In this document: positions 1 through 12,188 of the stretch, piece by piece | Position numbering within the stretch: the first letter of the stretch is position 1 | Layout: the number at the start of each line of letters is the position of its first letter | Source: Octopus sinensis | Lineage: Eukaryota | Assembly (NCBI RefSeq): GCF_006345805.1 | Contig: NC_043019.1 | Coordinates: 16,925,360-16,989,359, forward strand | Direction of reading: 5' to 3' | DNA length: 64,000 nucleotides | Program-made: the position numbers and the translations under genes | Notes under the pieces: generated by a model | The model's database searches: none | What the model saw: only the letters and a program-made list of their open reading frames with translations | What the model was told of the DNA's origin: nothing

Positions 1-536
1 TTCCTCTTCCTTTATCTTACTAACAGCTGTCACACTCAATGACTGCCACTAATACACTAAACACCATTCATACTTGTGTGTTATCTATTCTCACAACTGC
101 AGCAATGGAGATCTTGATGAATGGGAGTATAATTAGCATAATTAATCAACGAACCAATGCCAGGTGGGACATCTCCCCAAGCATGTTCTGATGACAATCG
201 ACCGAAATACACTTTCCTTGATTCAGATGCAGACATCATACATCAGCCACCCGACCAAGATGTCGTTGGAAATTCCCATCTTCTTCTTCTTGTTCTCAGA
301 TCAAAAACTTTAAGAGTTGCCATCATCAGCATCAACATAATGAAAGGCAGATCTAAAGAGATTGTGAAGATGCTCGAATCAAAAAACAAACGGCTTTTTG
401 GCCAGGCATGTTTACATGGAATTTTTCAAACAAATGGCACCGTACGATGGTCTCTGTTGTTTATGATTAAGATGCTTGGAGCAGGACAAGGGCTAATGCA
501 CACACATATACATACAAACACACTTGCATATACATC

Positions 537-1394
537 CTGGGTGCAATGGGAAAATTGTTGCCATTTTATATTCTAAATTTTGTGCATGCGCATTGTTTGT
601 TTTTGATTTTGTCAACTACACAGTATAGTAGGGTCAGTTGGGCACTGTCTTTGAGATAAATGGCACCATGAAGCAATTCACTCTGCCAGAAATTAGGAAA
701 TGACCTGCTGTACTGCTTGACAATCATGCCGGAAGCTCCAATACGAGCATTTTAGAGTGTTTGGGTGTCAATTTGAGGACATAAAAATCAAACATCCAGT
801 CAATATCATGGTGCTTGGAGTGATCACTAGTGATGGTGACGTTATGCCACCATTCATCTTCCCACATGATCTCAGACTCAACACGAAGGCCTACATCAAG
901 TACATGGAGAAGGTAGTGCTGCCCTGGGTCAAGAGGGTGGCTACTGGAAGACCATATGTCTGGCAACAGGACTCTGCACTTTGCCACAGAAACAGGAGAA
1001 CCCAGTCATGGTTGTCAGACAACTTCTGCAATCATGTCACCCCTAATATCTGGCCACCTAACTCCTCAGACTGCAACCCCCCTGATTATTATGTGTGGGG
1101 TGCAGTTGAGCAAGAGACCAACAAAACTCCTTGTAACACCAAAGATTAATAAAGGCAAGGATTATGGCAGCATTCACAAACTTAAACAAGGAGATTGTCC
1201 AGAAGATTTGCAGGAGATTCCGAAGTTGTCTGGAGGCCGTGATTGAAGCCAATGGAGATTTTATTGAATAAATTTACTCTTTAGTATTTCAAGATATATT
1301 TATGTAATTTTGGTAAATATATCAGTTAAAATAAGATGTCAGTGTTATTTTCATTTTTGCGTAATTTATACAACAGTTTATTCACCGCACCCTG
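537..1394 (+). mobile_element. Internally deleted Tc1/mariner-superfamily transposon, DD37D (maT-like)
   Basis: ORF 757-1149 contains YVWQQD...WPPNSSDCNPPDY, with 37 residues between the 2nd and 3rd catalytic Asp. Imperfect TIRs (ctgggtgcaatggg.. / ..ttcaccgcaccctg), followed by TA. Confidence 0.85.
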
Positions 1395-1428
1395 TATATG
1401 TATATATTTATATATATTTGCATATGTA

Positions 1429-1832
1429 CAGTGCTGGATTAACCCATTAAGCAAAATAAGCACGTGCTTAGGGCATCAAAGGAAGGAAGGGGCACCACAG
1501 AAATGAAAATCCCTTTAAACTTGCTAAAATAATATTTATAATGCCTTATCACTTCTAAGTATAAAAGCAGAAGTTTTTACATAAAATTAATTTTAACGAT
1601 ATCATCAAAGACTTTGCAATTAAAAAAGAAAAAAAAAAAACCAAGGAGAGAACTTTTCAAATATAAATAAAATGGAAGCATACAAAAATAAACATTATTT
1701 TCCATCTTACTGTGAATTTTGTTTCATTTTGAAAAATAAAAATTAATTTTCTTTTATTACCATTTACATATACTTGAGGGCAGCAAAACCTTTTAGGTGC
1801 TAAGTGCCTCTATGGGTCTTAATCTGGCCCTG
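1429..1832 (+). mobile_element. Non-autonomous hAT-like element (MITE)
   Basis: Imperfect TIR cagtgctggattaa / ttaatctggccctg. The internal remnant reads DIIKDFAIKK, like a hAT transposase C-terminus. Confidence 0.6.
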
Positions 1833-1902
1833 TATGTGTGTGTGTGTGTGCATGCATATATATATATATGTGTGTGTGTATATATATATACACACACACA
1901 CA

Positions 1903-2740
1903 CTAGCAGAGATACCCGGCATTGCTCAGGATTAAAATGGCATAATTTGTATATAATATATTACAGTTATGTTGAAACAGGTGATACAGGAAAGAGCAGT
2001 TTTGACAACAAAACATTTGTAGAGTAAATGATGGGCTAATTTGACAAAGCGACATGTTATGCGTTTGTTTGGAGTATTTCAGGCCCTAACCTGTCACGGA
2101 AAATGGGAGGTGGAGGGGTTATGTGATTTTTGAATGCACTGAAAAGCTGTCAGTGGATACACTCTCTTTTGCAGCATTCGGTGCTGTGTCTAACACGACC
2201 CATCGTCTGAAATTTTGACACCTCCTTCAGGTTTGTTGTCCTACATCACTCATAAAGTAAATTTGGAGGAACTGTGGCTGTTCATTTGTGGGTAATAGGG
2301 AACCAATGAGGTGATAGACTTGCCCTTGAACTTTGACGTCATCGTAAATACATGTTTATCTATCTTAGATGCAGCAAACGATGTCATCTACAGAGTTGTA
2401 TTGTCTGATATTGTTCAGAAAAATCCTTTGACTGGATGGAAGTGCCTTCCAAGGAGGTCCATAAGAAGTCGAAGAGGGGCTGGTAGTGCTGGCAATGTTA
2501 CCTGACCGCCTGAGCAGCACATACCGTTTATTTCATTCGAAAATTTTAAAGCTCTACAGAAATGACAATTTGTGGTTAGCACACCGATTTGGACAAAGTT
2601 ATCATTTTTATAAGAATGGGATGGATCATATCTGAAAACAGCTTCAGAAGTTGTGAAGAATGAATTTGTACATAGTCTGTTTCTGAGAGCTATTCTATTG
2701 GACCGCTGTCTAATCATTAAAACATTGATTTAATGATCCA
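1903..2740 (-). mobile_element. Helitron remnant (RepHel N-terminal Zn-finger fragment plus 3' end)
   Basis: ORF 2415-2717 contains CHFCRALKFSNEINGMCCSGGQVTLP, a typical Helitron RepHel motif. The minus strand ends in the hairpin cctgagc-aat-gccggg followed by CTAG-T at 1903-1906. Confidence 0.8.
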
Positions 2741-3570
2741 GCATTAATTGCTGCAACATGCATTTACTGATCTTGAGAAAATCTCATCTCTCTTCAGGCT
2801 CTTGCCTTCGGTTTTCTACAATCCTCCTGTTTCTGGAGAGATTACATCTTTTCTGTGTTTCTCCCACTCATTCCATAAAACTTTATTCCAAGAGAGCAGA
2901 AATCGAAAGAAGAGAAAGCGAAAACAACAGAGAAAGAAAGTGAAAGATGTATGTACGTCTATATGAAACGGACTTTGGTTAGCCTACAGTTATAATAGAA
3001 GACAATGTGCTGCGCAGTGAGACTGAACCTGAAACCAATTGGTCGGGAAGCAAGCTTCTTAACCACACAGCCACAAATTAAAACTTGTCTTCAAAATTTC
3101 CTGACATTTTAACTTCCAATCAGCAGTTTAATAATGACAAATTTATTTCACTAAATTCTTCCCTATTCTCAAAATTAATGAAACAAAAGCATTATATTTC
3201 AACAGAAATATGGTAACAAAACGGTTAAATAATAATCTTTTTTTTCCAAGGATTATTTGAAAAAAGCTAATGACAAAACAACTGAAAGCTGTAGACGTCT
3301 CTAGTTTTTTGTCTGTTTGTGTGTTATGTAGTGAGTATCACCGCATGAATGTGAGTTATTCCAACAGCAGCGGCTGCAATACACAAGCACACCCAACCAT
3401 ACACTCAGTAGGCATATTAAGAAAAGTCAAGACTATGTAAAGAAATCTTTATTTCTTTTTTTTTTAAAGTTTAAATACTTTTTCAATAAAAAGAAAAAAA
3501 AAACAAAACAGTTCATCTTGAATAAATGAATTAAAATCTATTTGAATAATAAATATTCAATAAAGATTCT

Positions 3571-3784
3571 TCAAAATCTTTGAATTACAGTGTCCCATTC
3601 TTCAACAGGCCAGACTCCGTTGTCATGAACATTCGAAGGGCTTTTTTTCCAATCCCATTCTTTAACTGGTTTGAACCAGTCTTTACCATAATTCGCTGTA
3701 ATATAAGATAGTGTGTCACAGGGAACTCGAATCCACAGGTCTAAAAACTCACTCCAGCAGAGAGTAAATCTAGAAAATATGTAC
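3571..3784 (-). CDS. FKTN: FKTN last coding exon
   Basis: tag|[22 protein letters not shown]...ANYGKDW...[10 protein letters not shown]...EWDTVIQRF* (TGA at 3571-3573; not in the ORF track). Confidence 0.95.
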
Positions 3785-6700
3785 CTATAAGACAGAGCAA
3801 AGTTTCATTACATACAAAGCAATGCATTGGAATTAAGTGGTGTGGTTAATTAGAATAAGAAATGTTTCTGATTAAGGCAGTGCTCCAGCATGGCCGCAAT
3901 CAAATGACTGAAACAAGTAAAAGAGTAAACAAAATCAACATTATCATTCATCATCGTTCATTTTAATGTCCCCCTTTCCATGCATGGGTCAGACAGAATT
4001 GGTTGAAGGATGCTCTTCAACGGCTGGATACTCTTCCTGTTGCCAGCCTTCACCTGTTTCCAAACAAGGAAATATTTCTCCATGGTTGGACATGTTTTCA
4101 TGAAAGATTGGGAATAAATGACATCACTCTTATGACAGTGATGCCTGTTTACGACTACCATGCTATGTCAAGACAAGGAAACAGAAACACACACACATTA
4201 CAGGCTTTTTCCAGTTTCCCTTTTACCAAATCCACTTCCAAGGTTTTTGTCAGTGTATCATAATGTTTGAATGCTGTTGATAATTTTTTTCATTTAGTCA
4301 TAGACTTGATTATGGTAAAACTAGATTACACTTTTTATAACTAGTTCCCATCTGGAATCTCCCTTTAGAAGCTGAAGTTCCACCCTCTTTGAGAGCCCAA
4401 AGTTACAGGATGCAAACGCACACATTGTTACACTTAATTCGTTACCATGCTACTAAGAACTTCTAGAAAGCCATTCATGAACATGCTTTCTCTTCAGAAA
4501 CATCAAGTTTCCTCATCAATTTCCATTAACTTAATCAGTTTGAAAGTCTGTAACGGTTATGAATATTACCCCAAAATACACACAACTAAAAATGTAAACA
4601 GACAAAGATAACACTAAGCACTTAACCACAAAACTCGATTACAGCAACACTAAACATACTTCAAGCATAAAAAATATAGTTTCTTGCATGAATGAATGGT
4701 AGGTTAAATACATTATTTACATTTGACGGATATTTGTCCTCATCTTGCTTGCTGTAAACACATTTCGGCTGATATACCCTCCAGCCTTCATCAGGTGTCT
4801 TGGGGAAATTTCGAACCTGGGTTCTCATTCCTAATGTATTTTCGTTGTTGTTGTTGTTATGGTTATTATTATTCAGGTCACTGCCTGGAATCAAACTCAG
4901 AATCTTGGGGTTAGTAGCCTGAACGCCGGTGACCTGAACGATGATGATGATGCCGCCGCCAACAACAACAAAATACCTTAGGAATGAGAACCCAGGTTTG
5001 AAATTTCCCCAAGACACCTGATGAAAGCTGGAGGGTATATCAGCCGAAACGTTGTGTTAACAACAAACAAGATGAGGACAAATATCCGTCAAATGTAAAT
5101 AATGTAGATAATTCCTCATCTCTTAAATATAGAACTGTAGGTTAAATAATTAACGATTTTATTTTGTCAAGTTACATTGACTTTTAAAACAATGAAATAA
5201 AACTTACTTAAGTTTCTTTCCTGTCTTGGCCTGTGTACCACCATTCCACATATATTTTGGGGTGTCATAAAAGAAAAATATGTCTAATTTGATGTCCCCT
5301 GTAGCAAATGACAACTCAAAGCTATCAGATACCTAAAAATAAAAAAAAACCCATTGATTAGTCAATATTATTAAAAATAAATAGCATTTCCATAATATTT
5401 TGGTAGTATGAATAGAAGTTTGTTCATACTTACTTTACCAAACATGAGTTTGAGAACAAAACCATTTTCTTGGAATGTTGGAATCAACTGTGGATTGTAA
5501 TCCTTTATCCAAATGCCAATGTCTACATCTTTACTATGAGGAATTATACCACATTGTCGGAACCAACCTGAAAGAAAGACAAGTGAAATAAAGTTCAAGA
5601 AACCAAGCATTGTTTAAATGGTAAAGGAAGATCAGTGATGAAAACAAACATCCGAATCCTGACAATTTATGAGCTTTTAATGAGATTTAACATTTAATGG
5701 ATTCAGCATATTTCAATATTTGTGTGAATTGTGGAAATGATTTTAATTACTAGTCAATTAATCAAAGTGAGATTCGGCTTCGGGTAACTAAACTCTATTG
5801 AGTCTGCGATATGGTTGCAGCGTTGAAGGTGTTTATAAGCCATTTAAGAAACACACAAAAACCGTTAGATTCACTTCAACATTTAAATTTAATTTGTCAA
5901 AATATTTTCGTCGCTTTGAGACCGCGACCTGTTAGCACGATATTTTTGTCAGTGAACAGGTCGCGGTCTGAAAGCGACGAAAATATTTTGGCAAATTAAA
6001 TTTAAATGTTGAAGTGAATGTAACGGTTTTTGTGTGTTTCTTAAATGGCTTACAAACACCTTCCACGCTGCAATATATATATACACACATATATATATAT
6101 GTATGTATGTATGTATGTGTGTATATGTGTATGCATGTATGTGTGTGTGTGTGCATGTCTGTGCTTGTGATTGTCCTCCACCACTGCTTGACAACGAATG
6201 TTGGTTTGTTTACATCCCTGTCACCTAGTGGTTTGACAAAGGAAACGGATAGAATAAGTACAATGCTTACAAAAATAAAACTGGAGTTGATTCATTAAAC
6301 TACAATTCTTCAAGGCATTGCCCCAGCATGGCCACAGACCAATGGCTGGAAAAAGCAGAAGAATAAAAGAATACATTCTCTGCTTTGGTCTTATGTTCAA
6401 GGCATGAGAAAGCTTGAGTTTACATGAGAAGGCCTAACAGACCTGGTAGAAACAGCAGCCAAATCTCCCTCAAATCACACCTTACTGTCTTATGTATGTA
6501 TATATATATGAGCCAATGAGGGGGACCTCTACATGGTAGCTAGACCTGGTAGAAATAGCAGCCAAATTTCCCCCAAATCACACCTTACTGTCTTATCTAT
6601 GTATATATGTATGTATGAGCCTATGAGGAGACCCCTACATGGCAGCTAGACCTGGTAGAAATAGCAGCCAAATTTCCCCCAATCACACCTTACTGTCTTA

Positions 6701-9700
6701 TCTATGTATATATGTATGTATGAGCCTATGAGGGAGACCCCTACATGGCAGCTAGACCTGGTAGAAATAGCAGCCAAATTTCCCCCAAATCACACCTTAC
6801 TGTCTTATCTATGTATATATGTATGTATGAGCCTATGAGGGAGACCCCTACATGGCAGCTAGACATGGTAGAAATAGCAGCCAAATCTCCCTCAAATCAC
6901 ACCTTACTGTCTTATCTTTCTGCTACTTGGATATAGGTGTTATATTCGTTGTAAAAAACTTTCCTGTCACACACTCACGCACACGCACACACACACACGC
7001 ACCCTCACACACACACGCGCGCACACCCACACACACCCACTCACACACACGCACGTTAGCTTACAATTTTATTTATATATTTGCGTGTCTATGTGTTGAA
7101 ATAGGAAGTGGGAGGCAGAGTGAAAGAATCACTCACTACAGTAAGTCAATTACTTTCATTTTATTCGTTGCCCACTGTGTGTGTGCATTTGTGTGTGCTG
7201 TAAACCAGACTAAGAAAAGCATTTGACACACACACCAGAATGTGAGTTTTCTGTAAATTTTGCTTAATTGGAGTTTAAATTTTAAAAACTGGACCTGGCA
7301 TGACGTGATGCATTGTACTCTCAAAAATGGTAGGTAAATTGTAATTGAAGAAATCCTATATTGTAGATTTGTATAACTCCCAAAGGGAGGCAGATAAAAT
7401 CTGCCTTTTATAATAAGAGATTATGAATAGTCTTCATCCACAACCGAGAGAATAATGTTTGAAGTTAGTCAAAGTGGTTATTAGTCAACTTTTCATTTGC
7501 CAGAATTCTACCAATTCTGAATTTTGTTATTTTAAAGGGTAAAACATTTTGGTAATGAGAATAGTTTGATGAAAATGCAAAAATAATGGTTTACCCAAAC
7601 ATGTTCCACTACTGAGCCAAAATCTGATTTCCAAACTGTCCAAAAGATGTTTGGTTTTAGCTAACACCTGACGAGCTTTCCTCTGGAACTTTTGGCTGGC
7701 TTCTGAGTTGTCTAATCCATACATAGCCACAAATTTCCTGGCACGTGTGCTATTGCATTCAATAAATTTTGAATGAGGAATTTGTTTTAAGAATTGTTCA
7801 GGAGGCTGAGGAACGTAGACAGTCATATTGTCAACCTGGGCTTCATCCAATTCAAACCTGAAACAAACCAAGAAATGTTCAAGCCGATTCCATGAGAATT
7901 TGCAGACATTTTGTGCACAGGACAAACTATTTGATAACAATGAAACAGAATGTTATACTGCATAAGTCAACTGTTTATAAGGACAGAGTACAGTTGATTC
8001 AGTCAGCCCAAATATATCACTGGTATTTATTTTATGGAAGTAGCAGATAAGAATGGCATTATTTAGCCCTGATAGGATTGGAAATAACATAATATTGAAA
8101 CAAATTTATTCAAGCATTCAACTATTTGTACAAAGTTGTTTGTTTTCATTACGTTGAAATGATGTTGATAAGGAAACTGTGACTCACTTTTCATATGCTC
8201 CAGCATGAACGCCATAAACGATGTCCCCATGAGCTTTCGATGGCAGAACACTGTTGAGTCGAGAAAGCGGACTAATTGCTCCATGCCAGAAGTAACTACC
8301 AAGCCGAATGTGAAACATAACAACTTGAATAACAGTGTGGCGTTGGGCGTTCCGTGGATACAAAAAGAAATGAGTTGGGATGGTGTCATGACGAAAACGT
8401 GGATCAGCTTGTTTAATACTATGGATGAAGAAATCACTTATTAACATTTGAGTAATACCCTGGGGGGAAAAAAAGGGGAAGAAGGAAAGAAATAATTAAA
8501 TAACATCCAAACCAATTTTGAAATTAAATGATATTAATATTACATTTACTGGGAGAAACTGAATAAAGTTGGTGTGGTGGTGGGGGGGGGGAGAGGGGAG
8601 TTTGTATGTCCTTAGTAATTTGCTTTATAATAAATGAATAAATTCAAGAAATGGGTGAATTTCCTAAATGTAAACACTTTTCACACACACACACCATGAA
8701 TAGTAATATCAGTGCCATTCACACGGTTTATATAGGCCTTAAAACCCCCACTTAAAATAAAAGAAGTAGCAAGAACTCACTGGCTCAAGATTTCATGTAA
8801 ATAAGAAATCATAACAAAATCATAACAAAATCATAACAAAACAAAATATATAAATCAGGTCAATTAGATATCGTCAATCATGCTGAAACAGTTACAAACC
8901 ACAACACCAGGGAACAACCTTTTCCTCCTCCTCTTCATTAATTGTTGTCAATATTCTGAGAATATACAAATAATTAAATAAACTAAAACACCTCGTTATC
9001 AATATTTTTTTTTCCCTGAAGATGGTAAGCTGGCAGAATCGTTAGCACACTGGTCAAAATGCTTGCAGATGGCATTTTCATTTTTTTCAAAATGTTTACT
9101 AAAACTCAAACAGGTTTTACTATAATCAAAGTATTTTCTGTTATATCAATAAATATATTCTATTCTTTTCCTCTAAGAAAAAAAAAAAAAGAATTCATTT
9201 TGATATCAGATGTTTAAAACATTGCAGTGAAATACTTTTAAGAAAGTGTCCTAATGCCAGCAATGCAACACTTGCACATGGGCCACAATAGTTCATCCAT
9301 TGTCTACAGAGATAATATAATACCTCTATACTCTAAGCATCTACATGTATAGATGTGTATAGACAAAAAGGGTGTATACTCCTGTCAATATAGAAATAAA
9401 TCTGTGTGTGTGTGTCTACTCTCCACTGCTTGACAACCTGCGTTGGTTTGTTTACATTCCTGCAACTTAGCATTTTCAGCAAAGGAGACCAATGAAATAA
9501 GTACCAGGTTTAACAAAATAAACACTAGGGTCAATTTGTTCAACCAAACCATTCAAGGCAGTGCCCCAGCATGGCCACAGTCCAATGACTGAAACAACTA
9601 AACGACAAGAAGATAAATTCTTATCATGTTTTTTGTTGCTCACATTCTTCTTATCTTTGTAAAATGATGTTCAAACGTTTTGGAGGGCTTTAGAGAAGAG

Positions 9701-12188
9701 GTAGACTTTCAGCCATTTCTGTCGTCCCTGCCAATCTGAATAACAAGAGAAATGAGATGACCAACCACTGAAGGTAATAAGCCATAAATACCTGACTGTC
9801 CCAGTACTTAAAGTTCACTCCAAAAGTAACATGTGGCCGACAGTTCAACTGACAGTTATAGTTGATGGAGACTGGAGATGCTTTGTCGGGACTGAGGCTG
9901 CTCAAAATATCGGCATCGAGTAAGAAAACTGGAACTTTCAGCTCAGCACAAACACTAAGAAACACTTTTGCAACATCCTGTGAAATAGAATATTATAAAT
10001 TGTGGTTATATATAACGTTGACTTCAATGCAATTCTTCAAAATGAAATCCTGATAAACAGCAAAAGTAAACAATGAAAATAGTTTTCTTTCACAAGATAC
10101 AAAAAAGAAGTATTTAGAGTCATTCTTGGTTTATTTCAATGATTTCTATGAAGGACGAAGAAGAAGGGAAAAAATCTTGATTTCAGTGTGGAGAAGTAGA
10201 CTAGATATTGTAAAACAGACATGACTACAATACAGCAGGCTACCAAATGACTGATGAATATTATAAACACACACACACATCTGTGTCGTGCTTGACTTTG
10301 TCCTCAAACATTCACTTGTTACTCCCAGCAGCTTCTCACTTTTGGTGCCACCAAAAGAAAACAATATTATCATTAAAGACATGAAATTGTAAGGATCTTT
10401 TGGACAACAACTGACAAAGGAAGAGCAACACCTTGTCTTCTGTGTGAATTTTCCATTTGTTCCTTTGTTAGGTTTCTGCTTACATTTTGGAATTTATAAT
10501 GTATGCAAGAATAGCATATGTTAAGTTAATTCTGGATTTATCGTCTTTTACGGTCAGCCTATTTTTTAGTATTTCTACAGAATTAGTGAAAGATTGAAAG
10601 GCAAAAAGGGAAGGATTTACAAAGTTGAGATGTTTTTAGGGGAGAAAAAAGAATAAGATAGAATATGGATAAGTATAAAGGATAAAAAGAAAAGTTTAAT
10701 AAGAAAACATTTGCAGGATATTAAAAGATGAAGGAATTTGATGGAAGATTAAAACAGTTCAGACAAGAAATAGACTTTGTTAGGAAGAAATCTGATGTAG
10801 CTTCCATTTATAAGGTATGTCATGATAACATCATCGTTTATTGTCTGTTTTCCATGCTGGCATGGATTGGATGGTTTGAGAAGAGCTGATGAACCAGAGG
10901 ACTGCATCCGACTGCTATGTCTGCTTTCGCATGGTTTCTATGAGCTTCTGGGATTAACAGTAAATGATTGATGGGTCAAACAAGGTTGTTTTGTGTCTTG
11001 CTTTAATATATTGAATGAATTACGGTGATTAGCATTAGGAAAATCATCCAGTAAAAGATGGGGTTTGCTAGGGTGCTGGAAAAGAGGAACAATGACGAGG
11101 GATTTGGCATGGGCCAGGAGGTGGGGTGTAAATATATGATTGCTGCATCAAAGAAAACTCAAATCAATTTTAAAGAAAATGGAAGTTAGTTTGAAAAACA
11201 TTAAAAAAGATTTATGCTAAAAGAAATATTTCCTACAGTTTTTTTAAATATTTAATCCTCACCTCTCTTGGAAACTGTGTTTTCTGTACATGATGTTTAT
11301 CTTCAGATGTATAGATCAGGTTTTCAGAATTTACCGAATTCCGGGTATCATCCTACCAATAGCAAACAGACATTTTAAAAACAACAATATCATTTACAGC
11401 AGGGAAGACCTATCAGCCATTCAAAGCTACACAAAGGCTTAACTTCACTGAAATGTCTGTCATTTGGTGTTAAAGTTTTTGTTGCACCAACTGCAGTCTG
11501 GTCACTCACACTGCAACAGTTGCAGTGGAATTGTGTCAGTGACTAAGTTGCAGTGAGAGAATCACTAAGTAAATGTCAAATATTGCACAAAAGTTCGGTC
11601 ACGACACAGACCATGGGATTACACCTAGAAAGTCACCCTCCCAGGCACAAGTCCGGGAAAGGTTGTCAATGGAAGACCAGCAGTCGCCCATGCATACTGG
11701 CCTCCCCTCTCCACTTCAGTGATGTTACCCAAGGGAAAGGCAAAGGGGCCGATACAGCTTGGCACCTGTGATGTCGCAACTCATTTCTACAGCTGAGTGA
11801 ACTGGAGCAATGTGAAATAAAGTGTCTTGCTCAAGAACACAACACGCAGCCTGGTCTGGGATTCGAGCTCACAACCTCACGATCGTAAGCTTGACGCTCT
11901 AACCACTGAGCCATGCGCCTTCACAAAAGCCATGCACAAAAGTAGATGTGAGCATTTGGATATTTTAGTGGATGAATCATTGCACAAATAGTTTGTACAG
12001 CTCTCCACATTAGGAACCGTTTTGGATATTGTAAACTTTGCAAATAGTAAATATAAAGACAACTTTATTAAGAGAGAGAGAGAGCAAAGACTTACACGTT
12101 TCCAGAAGATACGGATGAGAAAAAACTGAAAGAGCAGAAACACTAAACTGAGTCCCACCAAGAGTTTGAAAAGCTGTGGTTTCTTCAT
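3571..12188 (-). CDS. FKTN: Fukutin (ribitol-5-phosphate transferase, LicD-family), 428 aa, 7 coding exons
   Basis: complement(join(3571..3784,5208..5332,5434..5567,7595..7857,8188..8459,9792..9977,12096..12188)) = 1287 nt, all introns GT-AG, phases consistent. N-terminal TM anchor, then [27 protein letters not shown] (DxD motif), [13 protein letters not shown] and [10 protein letters not shown], matching fukutin. Confidence 0.95.
4711..5136 (+). mobile_element. Palindromic non-autonomous Penelope-type element with hammerhead ribozyme and partial tRNA-like head
   Basis: Inverted arms (~4711-4880 / ~4930-5106), a ~30-nt 3' extension, and a perfect 12-bp TSD gtaggttaaata (4699-4710, 5137-5148). 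Confidence 0.8.
5013..5058 (+). ncRNA. Minimal type I hammerhead ribozyme (C3-G8 core)
   Basis: gacac-CTGATGA-a-agctg-gagggtatat-cagcc-GAAA-cg-TT-gtgtt. Stem I is gacac/gtgtt and stem III is the palindrome ACGT. Confidence 0.8.
5208..5332 (-). CDS. FKTN: FKTN coding exon 6
   Basis: tag|[22 protein letters not shown]...[13 protein letters not shown]|gtaagt, phase 0-2 (not in the ORF track). Confidence 0.95.
5434..5567 (-). CDS. FKTN: FKTN coding exon 5
   Basis: cag|[18 protein letters not shown]...FGK|gtaagt, phase 1-0. Confidence 0.95.
5815..6073. mobile_element. Palindromic PLE terminal (pLTR-like) insertion
   Basis: Near-perfect inverted arms of ~118 bp (5815-5932 / 5955-6073) abutting a TA microsatellite. 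Contains a hammerhead. Confidence 0.75.
5945..5995 (+). ncRNA. Minimal hammerhead ribozyme, G3-C8 variant
   Basis: tttgtca-GTGAACA-g-gtcgc-ggtctgaaa-gcgac-GAAA-atat-TT-tggcaaa, with palindromic AATATT in stem III. Confidence 0.7.
6440..6915. repeat. Tandem repeat, ~106-bp unit x ~4.5
   Basis: The unit gacctggtagaaatagcagccaaat..ccctacatggcagcta recurs at 6440, 6543, 6649, 6755 and 6862. Confidence 0.92.
6925..7420 (-). mobile_element. Non-autonomous Helitron-like element (5' end at 7420)
   Basis: The minus strand starts A|TCTCTTATTATAAAAGGCAGATTTTATCTGCCTCC (TC start plus subterminal hairpin). Internal CA microsatellite. Confidence 0.5.
7595..7857 (-). CDS. FKTN: FKTN coding exon 4
   Basis: cag|FELDEAQVD...PHSKFIEC...FWLSSGTCL|gtaaa, phase 2-1. 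Confidence 0.95.
8188..8459 (-). CDS. FKTN: FKTN coding exon 3
   Basis: cag|GITQML...DPRF...[15 protein letters not shown]...GAYE|gtgagt, phase 0-2. Confidence 0.92.
9792..9977 (-). CDS. FKTN: FKTN coding exon 2
   Basis: cag|[21 protein letters not shown]...FKYWDSQ|gtattt, phase 0-0. Confidence 0.9.
11595..11920 (-). mobile_element. tRNA-derived SINE (family C)
   Basis: Head ggcgcatggctcagtggttagagcg..gctcgaatccc with A/B boxes. Related copies at ~51345-51500(+), 61575-61785(+) and 62520-62850(-). Confidence 0.85.
12096..12188 (-). CDS. FKTN: FKTN coding exon 1 (type II membrane anchor)
   Basis: [31 protein letters not shown]|gtaag. In-frame stop upstream of the ATG. The acceptor tttgttttgcag at 12245-12256 implies the exon starts at 12244. 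Confidence 0.88.

Noticed and set aside
157-576. 139-aa ORF
   Set aside because: No recognisable domain or splice context, and it runs into microsatellite and transposon sequence.
6440-6915. CRISPR-like periodicity (also 13156-13350 and 57717-58269)
   Set aside because: Whole units repeat with no unique spacers, the context is eukaryotic and there are no cas genes.
11845-11920. tRNA gene (and the heads of other SINE copies)
   Set aside because: These are tRNA-like heads attached to SINE bodies, not standalone cloverleafs.
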